From positions 250,234,001-250,298,000 of the forward strand of contig NC_086097.1 in the NCBI RefSeq assembly GCF_963921235.1: 64,000 nt of DNA, written 5' to 3'. Below, in pieces: positions 49,701 through 61,700 of this stretch. Each line of letters opens with the position of its first letter. Positions within the stretch are counted from its first letter, which is position 1. A program made the translations under genes and the position numbers. Under the pieces are notes generated by a model, which worked only from the letters and a program-made list of their open reading frames with translations, did not search any database and was not told the origin of the DNA. Origin of the DNA: Mobula hypostoma (taxonomy: Eukaryota).

Positions 49701-52700
49701 CTTGTACTCACTGGAATTCAGAAGAATGAGATGGGGGATCTGATTGAAACCCATCTAATGTTGAAAAGCTTCGATGGAAAAGATGTGGAGAGGATGTTTC
49801 CTATGGTGGGGAAATGGACACAGCCTCAGAATAGAGGGACATCCTTTTAGTATGGGGATGAGGATGAATTTCTTTAGCCAGTGAGTGGTAAATCTGTGGA
49901 ATTCGTTGCCACAAGCAGCTGTGGAGGCCAGGTGATTGTGTGTACTGTATTTAAGGCAGAAGTTTGTAGATTCTTGGTTAGTCAGGGTGTGAAGCTATAC
50001 GGGGAGAAGGCAGGAGATTGGGGATGAGAGGGAAAAGGATCAGTTATGATGAAATGACAGAGCAGACTCAATGGGCCGAATGGCCTAATTCTGCTCCTAT
50101 ATCTCATGGTCTTATTAGCTGAAGATCAGCTTTATTTGTCACATGTAATTCAAGACATCAAAGCATACAGTGAAGTGCATCATTTGTGTCAAATCAAATC
50201 AGTAGAGATTGTGCTCGGGGACATCTCACAAGTGTCACCTTGCTTCCAGCGTCAATGTAGCATGCCACCAGCTCACTATTCAGTTCATCAGCACCACCTC
50301 ACTATTTTTGCTCTCTTTTTGCACTATTTATTTAATTAGCTTTCTATACATATATAGTTTTATTGTAATTTACGGTATTTTTTTATGTCCTGCAGCTGCA
50401 AAACTACAACTTTCCTGACGTGAAGTATGTCAGTGATAATAAACCTGAAAACCCCCTCATTAATTCATAAACCCATGGCTTGGCTGTTACTGCTAATTGT
50501 TAAATGCTTTTTAGATTCCCAACCCTGCTAGAGAAATTTTACCCTTTTTGGTTATTTAGCCTCCTGAAGATTTCACAAGCATTAGTCCCTTGCCCTTCTG
50601 CAAACACTGAAAATCTTCAGTACATTTTCCCGAGGAAGTTCCATTGCAAATTCTTTCTTGCATTACGGAGCGTTGTTGCAGGAAAGTAGCGTCCATCGTT
50701 ACAAACCCCACCACCCAGGCCATGCTCTCTTCTCGTTGCTGCCATCAGGAACGTACAGGATCCCTAGGACTCACACCACCAGGTTCAGGAACAGTTATTA
50801 CCCCTCAACCATCAGGCTCTTGAACCAGAGAGGATAACTTCACTCAACTTCACCCACACCATCATCATCACACAGCCTATAGCAGGATTGCTCAACCGGG
50901 GTTCCAGGGAACCCTAGGGTTCTGCAAGAGAGCATGATTTTAAAAAAATCGTTCTTTGAACTTCATACAATGTGTGATGCTGGTGCTTGCAGTGGTGGGC
51001 AGTGAACGTTCGCAATATTGCCCTGTTAGCAATCTTGTTAGAGTCCTCTCAGCCTAGTATGTCAGTGTGCAGTCGGACCACGTTTATTTAGTTGAGTCCA
51101 TTCTCAGTTTCTGACGTGAGATAGGGGAGGCCATTGAGAATTGGTGAGTGCCGTATTGCATAGAAGGGAGGATGGTGGGCTGGTGAGGAGTGTAAAGTGT
51201 GTTTTCCAAGCATCGAATGGACTCCCCCAACTTGGGCTGTGACCTCAGTCTCTCCCTCCCGAATTACCTCTCCCAACTTCCCCTTGTGCACCGCCGACTG
51301 ACTTATGGGAGCGAACAAACTAATCATGTCATTAGTAAGAAAATGTTTTTTTCTAAGTCTTGTATGAAACTGTGACAGGCTATATTTTTATTCATATTGC
51401 TTTGGCTTGTGGTTTTTAGTAACATTGTTCTTCAACATTGTTAGTAAATGTTCATGTTGTAAATAGTGTTAATTGAAGCCCAATTATAACCTTTATTTAA
51501 ATTAAATCTACTGAGCCTACCTTTGGGAAAAATCAAATTCCATTTTGGCTTAAGCCAGTTATTTAACAGTAATTTATTATGTTTGCCTTATGAGTTTTTA
51601 AGATTTATGAAAGAGATTAATTTCAAGAAAGGTAAGCTAAGTTTAACTTCCTTTTATTTTCAAGAGAAGTTGGCTAAAAATCCATTCTCTACTCATAAGA
51701 GCATTGACAATTATTTTGGGTTATTATATCTACAACTTACTGATCATGTCAGTGTACCGTGAGCAGTAGATATAATAATTTTTACACGGTTCCCTGAGAC
51801 CTGAAAACCAGTTCAAGGGTTCCTCCAGGGCAAAAAGGTTGAGAAAGGCTGACCTATAGATTCACTTTCATTTTTAAATCTTTTTATTGATTATTATTGA
51901 AAATCAACAACAAAAAATACATTAAAGTAATCAAATTAAAATATCAATATGTACAATAAGAGTTAAACTATCAACCAAGCTAAACAATATATCAATAATA
52001 ATAAGAAAAAACAAAATGTTAAAGCTTTTTTTTTGGAAAAAAGGAAGAAGGAAATAGAACCCCTACTAACTAAAACAAAAAGAACTTTCAAGAACTCTTC
52101 ATCACATGTTCTCGATATTTATTACTTTCTTATCTGTCTGTCTATCTGCCTATCTATCTATCAATCTTTCTTTCTTTTTGCATTTGCATAGTTTGCTGTC
52201 TCTTTGCACACTGATTGTTTGTCCATTCTGTTGGGAGCGGTCTTTCATTGATTCTATTGTGTTTCCTGTATTTATTGTGAATGCCCGGAAGAAATCGAAT
52301 CTCAGGGTTGTGGATGGTGACGTATATGTACTTTTGAACTTTGAACTTTTATCTCCAAGCATCTCTCTCAGACCCACCAGAAGAAGAGGAAGATTGCATT
52401 TAGTCTTGTATTAAATAATGAATAATTAATTATTTCTGAATTTATTTAATCTACTTTAAAAAAAAATCTTCTTTGCTTTTGTCTTCAGAAAACAAGCATC
52501 TACCATATGGTCGTCCTGCTGTTCTTTTTCGTACCAAGTACTACATCTTGCATCATCAAGGTTATACCAGTGGTTATAGTGAAACATTCTCGATGCCTCT
52601 CTGGACTTCATACACCATCCCCAAACAGGTTTGTGCTCAGCTCTTTAGTTAGAAAGTACATGGTGCGTGCAGCTGATTTGATTTGTCCTTGGTGGTGGCA

Positions 52701-55700
52701 TGGCAGACCCACAGTAACACACAGACATAAAATGCTGGAGGAATTCAGCAGGCCAGGCAGCATCTATGGAGAGGAGCAAACAGTCTATGTTTTGGGCCGG
52801 GACCCTTCATCAGGACTGGAAAAGAAGGGGGCAGAAGCCAGAATAAGAAAGTGGGGGAGGTGAAGGAGTACAAGCTGGCTGGTGACAGGTGAGGGGAGGT
52901 GAGAAGCTGCGAGGTGATGGATGGAAAGGGCTGAAGAAGAAGAAGAAGGAATCTGATAGGAGATGACAGTGACATTGGAGAAAGGGAAGGAGGAGGGACA
53001 CCAGAGGGAGGTGGTGGGCAGCTGGGGAGGAGAGAGTGAACCAGAATGGGGAATGGAAAAGGAGAGAAGGTGGGGGGGCAGGGGGAATAGATGTTCATGC
53101 TGTCGGATTGGAGGCTGCCCAGGCAGAAGCAGAAACTGGTCTTGATGTGCACAATAGCATTAATCATGGAAAAAGCTAAAAATAGTTGAAGTGGCTGAAG
53201 ATCTACTGTCTCCACACCTTGGTTGTGTCCTTCATTACTTCTGCCACTGACCTGGATGAAGTGCAGATGATGAGGGATGTGACATTTAAAACGGTTTTGG
53301 GGGCTGCAGTGGACGGACCAACTCCCCTTCATGAGTTTATATTGGCTGCTCATATGGAAGTGTGTGATCTGGTGATGAGAAGTGAGACATGAAGTTGAGG
53401 TGTATCAGCAGGCTTGGACCCCTCAAGAAGGCCTTTGTTACACAGTTAGAAGGCTAGAGCACTGGTTTTAATCTGCTCTTGTACCACTCCAGGTGTGAAA
53501 AGCTTCTGGATTGGGACTCTCTTCTGATGACCATGTCTCTTGCACAGATAACATTTGGGTTTGACTGATTCACTGCTAAACAAAGCTGTAAAGGAGGGTG
53601 TCATCCAGTATGCAAATGTCTAGGCATAATTCCTTGCATTCCTGCAGGAAATGGACAGTCCTGATATTGGTAAACCCTTCCTGAGGCTTTATGAGGCATT
53701 AGCCAGACCACATTTGGAGTATTATGAGCAGAAAAGATGTGCTGGCTTTGGAGAGGGTCCAGAGGAGGTTCATGAGAATGATCCTGGGAATGAAAGGGTT
53801 AATTTGTGAGGAGCTTTTCATGGCTCTGGACCTGTACTCGTTGAAGTTTAGAAGAATAACGGAGAAGAGGGGAATCTCATTGAAACCCCTGGATGGAGTG
53901 GATGTGGAGGGAATTTTTCCTATAGTGGGGGAGTCTCGGACCAGAGGGCACAACCTCAGAATACAAGAACGTCCCTTTTGAACAGAGATGAGGAGGAATT
54001 TCTTTGGCCAGAGGATGGTGAATCTGTGGAATTCATTGCCACAGAGGGCTGTGGAGGTCAGGTCATTGGCTGTATTTAAGGCAGAGATTAATAGGTTTTT
54101 GAGTAATAAGGAAATCAAAGGTTATGAGGAGAAGGCAGGAGAATGGGGTTGAGAGGGATAATAAATCAGCCATGATGGAATGGCAGAGCAGACTTGATGG
54201 GCCAAATAGCCTGATTCTGCTTCTATGTCTTATGGATAAATTGCAATGATCTGTTACTATTGCATGAGCATAATGTACAAAAGTTTTCTTTTTAAATGCC
54301 AGAACAATAATGCCCAAGTTTACTTTACACCTGTGAGCGATTCATTATAACAGAACCTTTTGTATCAAATGTAGGTGGAGCTCTTTAACCTTCCGGACTT
54401 TCTGAATAACTGTGTGAGACCTGACATACGCATCTCCGCCAGTCACAGTCAGAGCTGTTCGGCTTATAGAGCAGACAGACAAATTTCATATGGGTTTCTT
54501 TATCCTCCCAGTAAGTTAATTTGCTTTTGAATGTCTCTACAACGTACATTTGAGGGTTTTGAGTTCAGGAGCTGGGGCGTCAGTGGGACCACTCTTGGAG
54601 TCTTGTGCACAGTTCTGCTTACCCAGCTGTAGGAAGGATGTCAGGAAGCTGGAAAGGATGCAGAAAAGATCCACAAGGTCACTACCAACATGTGGGAAGT
54701 TCTTGAGTTACAAGGAGAGACGAGATAGACTGAGACTGTATTCCCTGCAGACTGTTAGGGGCCTGAGGGGGTGACTTTATAAAAGTAGATAAAACCATGA
54801 GAGTGCAGTTTTCCTTCCAAGGTAGAGAAGTTTAAAACTAGAGGGCACAGGTTTAAAATGAGAAGGGGAAAGATTTAAAGGGGACCACATTTTCCCACAT
54901 AGAAGTAATTGGGTATATGGGATGAGTTGACAGAGGAAATTGGAGAGGCGAATATAATTATTACATTTGTAGGTCATCCCAGTTCGGATCAATTTCCAAC
55001 TAAATTGGAAGATCTGGGCAGGTAGAGTTGAATTCTGAGAAGGATGCGGAGATTTATAGGAAGGTCAAACTTGAAGGCAGAACACAGGCTTAATAGCAAG
55101 ACTCTTAACAGTGTGGAGGAACAGAGAGATCTTGGGGCTCACGAGCATAGATCACTCAAAGTTGCCATGCAAGTTGATAGGGTGGTTAAGAAGGTGAATG
55201 GTGGGTTGGCCTTCAGTAGTCAGGGGATTTGGTTCAAGAGCCACAAGGTAATGTTGCAGATCAGTAAAACCCTGGTTAGACCCCACATGGAACATTTCGT
55301 TCAGTTCTGATTGCCCCATTATAGGAAGGACATAGAAGCTTTAGAAAGGGTGCAGAGGAGATTTACCGGGACGCTGCCTGAATTAGAGAGCATGTCTCAT
55401 AGGATTGGTTGAATGAGCTAGGGCTTTTCCCTTTGCAGTGAAGGAGGATGAGTGGTGGTTTTTAAGAGATATACATTATGATAAGAGGCATTGATCGTGT
55501 GGATAGCTAGAGATTTTTTCTCAGGGTGGAAATGGCTAATACAAGAGGGCATAATTTTGAGATGATTGAAGGAAGGTATAAGGGTGATGTTAGAAGTAAG
55601 TTTTCTTTTATATGGATTGTTGAGTGTGTGGAATGTGCTGCAGGGGTGGTGGTAGAGGCAGAGGGAAGTCGGGGATTGTTACTGTAGCTTTTTTTCTGCA

Positions 55701-58700
55701 GGGGAGGGGGATTTTGATGGTATTGTATTTTTTTCCAACTGGGAGGGGATTTTGGGGTTTGCGAGTTGTTTCTTCTCTTTTTCATGCTGGGGGTGGGGAG
55801 TTGATATCTTTTTCCATCAACTCCATGGTCTTTCTGTATTCCATGGCTGTCTTGAGAAGACAGATCTCAGAGTTGTATTGTACGTGTATACTTTGACAGT
55901 AAAAAGAACCTTTGAACTTTTTGAACCTTTGAGATACATTACGGACATGTAAGAAACTCTTGGGCACCTGGATGAAAGAAAAATGAATGGGTATGTAGGA
56001 AGGGAAGGATTAGATTGATCTTGGAGTTGGTTAAAAGGTCAGCACAATATTGTGGGCCGAATGTGCTGTACTGTTCTATGTTCTAAAGCTGCTGTAATCT
56101 TTTGCACAGAATTAAAGTTTTATGTCTAACATTTGAAATATTGTGTTTTGGGGATAACAGTGCTTCACCTATCACCTCGTGTTTTTCTCTTTCCCCTCCC
56201 CATCTTTTAAATCTACCTGTCAGCTTTTATTTCTCCAGTCCTGCCGAAGGGTCTTGCCCCGAAACATCGACTGTACTTTTTTTGCCTAGATGCTGCCTGG
56301 CCTGCTGAGTTCCTGCAGCATTTTGTGTGTGCTGCTTGGATTTCCAGCATCTGCAGATTTTCTCTTGTGTGTAATGCTGGAGGAACTCAGCACATCAGGC
56401 AGCATCTACGGAGAGGAATAAACTCAAGGTTTTGGACGGAGACCCTTCAATAGGATTATCTGCATCGGCAAAAATCTAAATACAATCGATTCTGCAGATG
56501 CTGGAAATCCAAAACAACACACACAAAATGCTGGGGGAGCACAACAGGCCAGGCAGCATCTGTGGAGAGGGATAAAAGATCAATGTTTCAAGCCGACACC
56601 CTTCATCAGGTCTCAGAAGGTTTCAGCCCAATATATGAACGTTATGTTCCCCTCAATAGAGGCTGCCTGACCTTCTGAGTTCCTCCAGCATTTTGTGTTA
56701 CTCTGGATTTCCGGCAGCTGCAAAATTTCTTGTGGTTTTAATAGAATAAAACAAGAGCTTGTGTTTCCTCACCTCCTCCAACTATTGTTTCTGTGGTTCT
56801 AAAGTGCTTTCTTTTGCCTTCACTCGTTCTCGTGTGTGTGTACAGCACACAAAGTACTGGTAGTGAAACTGGAATTCTTTGCCACAGGCAGTGGTGGAGG
56901 CCAAGTCTTTATGTATCTTTAAGGAAAAGGTTAATTGCTCAGGGCATGAAAGGATATGGGGAGAAGGCAGGAAATTGAGGCTTAGAGGAAAAATGGATTA
57001 GATATGATGAAATGGCAGAGCAGACTTGATGGGCCAAATGGCCTAATTCTACTCCGATATCTTATGGTCTTGTGGTCTAAAATCTGCAGTCAGATTTGGG
57101 CCATTATAAAGCAAGGATGAGCTGACTTTGGAGAGGGTTCAGGGGAGGGTATGAAAGGGTTAACTTATGAGGAGTGTATGATGGCTCTGGACCTGTACGC
57201 ACTGGAGTTTAGAGAATGGGGGGGGGCAGAGATTTCATTGAAACTGACTGAATATTGAAAGGCCTCAGCAGAGTGGATGTGGAGTGGATATTCCCTGTGT
57301 GGGTGAGTCTAGGACCAAAAGGGGCAGCCTCAGAATAGAGGGAGATTCATTTAGAACGTAGATGAGGAGGAATTTCTTGAGCCAGAAGGTGGTGAATCTG
57401 TGGAATTTGTTGCCACAGGTGGCTGTGGAGGCCAAGTTACTGGATATATTTAAGGCAGAGGTTGACAGATTCTTGATTAGTCAGTGCATGAAGGGATCTG
57501 AGGGTATTTGGGCTGAGAGGAAAATTGGATCAGTCATGATGAAATGGTGAAGCAGACGCAATGAGTTAAATGGCCTAACTCTGCTCATATATCTTATGGT
57601 CAAGCAGCAACTATAGAAGGGAATACACATTCGACGATTTGCACCGAGACTCTTCATCAGGACTTGCCTGTTCCTCTCCCATGATGCTACCTGACCTGCT
57701 GAGTTCCATCAGCATTTTAAGTATGTGCTGCTTTGGATTTCCAGCATCTACAAAATGTCTTGTGCTTAAATAGTCATAGTCATACTTTATTGATCCCACT
57801 GAGTAAAAATAAGTTGGTATTAAATTACTATATGAACCAGTACCATGTTGCCATGGTTTTACTGATCTGAGATTTACTTCTCCATATAGCTCACCACTTT
57901 ATATAACTTTGAGCCCCCTCCTAGCTACCCCTTTTCAAGACTGAGAATCCCTGTTTTGTATCGTTATCCAGATAACCATAGCTTCTGACAATCTTGGATG
58001 GGGGTGGGGAGAGGGACAAGACTCACTTATGCAGGTAGTTAAACACAGACTCTAAAATCTTTCCCTCCAGGGCACGATTTCCCAACCTGGTGTCCGTGGG
58101 TCCCTTGCTTAATGGTATGGGACTATGTCATAAAGGTTGGAATCCCTGTTCTAGTGACTAAATGAATGGTAGACAAGAGTTGAAATTCAGATTATGTACA
58201 CAACAGATTCAGCAGGTGCTGGAAACCCAGAGCAACACACACAAAATGCTGGAGGAATTCAGCATCTACTGAAGGGAATATAAATTTCACATGTTGGGCT
58301 CAGACCTTCTGAGTCCTGATGAAGAGTCTTGGCCCAAAACATCGACCCTTTATTCCTTTCCATAGGTGCTGCCTGGCCTGCTGAGTTCCTCCAGCATTTT
58401 GAGTCTGTTGCTGTGGATTTCCAGCATCTGCAGAACCAATTGTATACAGGTCAGACAGCAACTGTGGAGAGGAATAAACAGTCAGTGTTTTGGGCTGAGG
58501 GTGGGACAATATTTTGGGACTTGCTGGGGATGAAGGAAATCCGAATAGTTGTAGTTTGGGGTGGTCTGTGGGGAGTCCTTGGAGGCGGTGTTCTGTCCTT
58601 GTGTCTGCTATCCGCTATACTTGGCGGCAGTGATTAAAGCTTTAGTAGGCACTGTCACTTTAGCATTAGGGAGTTGTGAGAGAGCTTCTTTAAATGTTTC

Positions 58701-61700
58701 ACTCTATGAACACTTTATACTGACGGTGGAGGACATGAATGTTTAATATGGTAGATGAGTGGCCAATCAAGTAGCTTATCCTGGATGATCCCAGCTGCAC
58801 TCGGGCAAGAATGTACACCCACTTTTGTCTTGTGTCTTCGTACCATGTGGGGAAGGCTTTGAGGACTCACTGCAGGATACCCAGCATCTTCCCTCCATTA
58901 GTTTCTCCTGCTTTTAAAGTCGAGGTTGGTAGGTTCTCGATTAGACAGGTGGAGGTTGGTGGGTTTTCGATTAGACAGGTGGAGGTTGGTAGGTTCTTGA
59001 TTAGACAGGTGGAGGTTGGTAGGTTCTCGATTAGACAGGTGGAGGTTGGTAGGTTCTCGATTAGACAGGTGGAGGTTGGTGGGTTCTCGATTAGACAGGT
59101 GGAGGTTGGTGGGTTCTTGATTAGACAGATGGAGGTTGGTGGGTTCTCGATTAGACAGGTGGAGGTTGGTAGGTTCTGGATTAGACAGATGGAGGTTGGT
59201 GGGTTCTCGATTAGACAGGTGGAGGTTGGTAGGTTCTCGATTAGACAGGTGAAGGTTGGTAGGTTCTCGATTAATCAGGGTGTCGAAGGTTATGGGCAGA
59301 AGGCAGGAGAATGGGGTTGAAAAGGGTAATAAATTAGTCATGATGAAATGGTGGAGCAGACTTAATGGGCCAAATGGCCTGATTCTGCTCCTGTCTCTTA
59401 TGGTTTTGTAGCAGGCTCTGACAATGGTAATCCTGTTACACAACAAAGAAATGTGCTTAGATCTCAGTTGCAGTTATTGTGCAGCACTGTGTGGTATTTC
59501 TTGCTGAACTTACTTCTAAATGAGGGTTTAAGTACTAACTTGTGCAATATTAAAAATATATATTTCAGTGTAATTCCATCTGCTCAATTTTCTTTTTGTT
59601 TAATTTGCAGATCTTGGATCCTCCCTTGATGCTAAATATGACGCCCTCCTAATTTCAAACATAGTTCCAATGTATCCAGCATTTAAAAGTGAGTAGACAT
59701 CAGTGTTTGGGAATTCAGGAAGGAAAAGTGGGTACATCTTTCTTCCTTGTTTTTTGTTACTGAGAATGACCCAATATTACATGTAATTTTTGGAAGAAGT
59801 ATGTGAACCTTTGCTTTCAGTAACTGGTGTGACCCCCATTGTACAGCAAGAACTTCAACCACACATTTCCGGTAACTGCTGATCAGTTCTGCAAATCGGC
59901 TTGGAGGAATTTTAGGCCGTTCCTCCTTACTAAACTACTTCAACTCTGGGATGTTGTTGGGCTTCCTTGCATGAACCTCTTGCTTCAGGTCCTTCCCCAA
60001 CATTCCTATTGGGTTGTCAGATTGACCCTTCCAAAACAATTTTTTTTCTTTTTGAACTATTCTGATGTTGATTTACCCTTGTGTTTCAGATCATTGTCTC
60101 GTTGCGTCATCCAACTTCTAATAAGCTTCAGGTGATGGACGGCTACCCTGACATTCTCCTGTAAAATGTCTTTGATACAATTTTGAATTCATTGTTCCCT
60201 CAGTGATTGCAAGTTGTCCAGGCCCTGAGGCAGCAAAGCAGCCCCAAACCATGATGCTCCTTCCACCAGGCTTCACAGTTGGGATGAGGTTTTGGTGTTG
60301 GTGTGCAGTGCCCTGTTTCTTCCAAACATTGCAATGTGCCTTTCTGCCAAAAAGGTTGACTTTTGTCTCATCTGTCCACAGAACATTGCTCCATTAGCAT
60401 GTTAGAACATCCAAGTGGTCTTCTGAAATCTCAAGACATGCAGCAATGTTTTTTTTTTGGAGAGCAATGGTTTCCTCCGTGGTGTCCTTCCATGAACAGA
60501 AGCTTTAACAAGTTCTCGAGATTTCTGCAGGTCTTTCGTTGCTACCCTTGGGTTCTTTTTCACCTCCTTTGGCATTTCATGTTATGCTCTTGGTGTGATC
60601 TTTGCAAGAAGCCCTCTCCTAGGGAGAGTAGCAACAGTACTGAGTTTCCTCCATTTGTAGACAATTTCTCTTACTGTGGACTGATGAACACTCAGGTCTT
60701 CAGAGATACTTTTGTAGCCTTTTCCAGCATCATGCATCTCTACAATTCTTCCTCTAAGGTCCTCTGAAAGTTATTTTTATTGAGACATGGTGCACATAAA
60801 CAAATCTTCCATGAGAAGAGCAGGCTCTGTCAATAGCCTGACTTTGTGTCTTTTTTATAGGGCAGGGCACCTCTACAACCCAACCTCCAAACTCATCTCA
60901 TTGATTGGAACGCCTGACTCCAGGTAGCTTTTGTAGAAGGCATTACCCTAGAAGTTCACATACTTTTCCCAACAAATACATGTAATATTGGATCATTTTT
61001 CTCAATACATAAATGAACAAGTAATTTGTTTTTTGTGTTATTTATTTAATTGAGGTCGCTTTATCTAGTTTTAGGACTTACGTGAAGATCTGTCCACATT
61101 TTAGGTCATATTTATGCAGACATTGAAAAAATTCTACAGGGTTCACAAACCTTCTAGTGCCACTACATGAATAACATGCATCGTCACAGCACCACGTCAC
61201 ATGTGAGTGCCTCCAAAGTAAAATGAAGTAGATACATCTAGTTTTTGGAGCTATAAAGCATAACATTCTTGTGCCCTACTGGTTAACAACTTGAGATTGT
61301 GCGTGGTTGTCAATTATGCTCGAGATTACAGATTTTAAAAGCTTGCAGAGATGCAAATCTCGCGCTCCATCAGAATCCCAGGTATTCTGCAGCTTTATCA
61401 GTATTATTAGATTATGAAGACACGTAGTCCTCTTTTGCTGTCATTTAGTAATGCATGCATTAAGAAATGATACAATATTTCCTCCGGTGTGATATCACAA
61501 AACACAGGACAGACCAAGACTGAAAAAACTAACAAAACCGCATAATTATAACATATAGTTACAACAGTGCGACAATACCATAACTTGATGAAGAAGTCCA
61601 TGAGCACAGTAAAAGTGCAAAGTCTCTCGAATGTCCCACATCTCACGCAGACGGGAGAAGGAAGAAAAACTCTCCCTGCCATGCCCGACCACAGTCCGAC

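Noticed and set aside
51570..51636. Strong donor-like AAG|gtaagc as a candidate brain-specific (gamma) cassette exon
   Set aside because: It lies inside the hAT element 50883-51851, and the upstream acceptors I tried give in-frame stops in the required phase
58921..59280. CRISPR-like array of 30-bp repeats
   Set aside because: Units are head-to-tail with no unique spacers; eukaryotic context, no cas genes
58811..59446. 169-aa and 182-aa repetitive ORFs on opposite strands
   Set aside because: Artefacts of the 30-bp CR1-derived minisatellite
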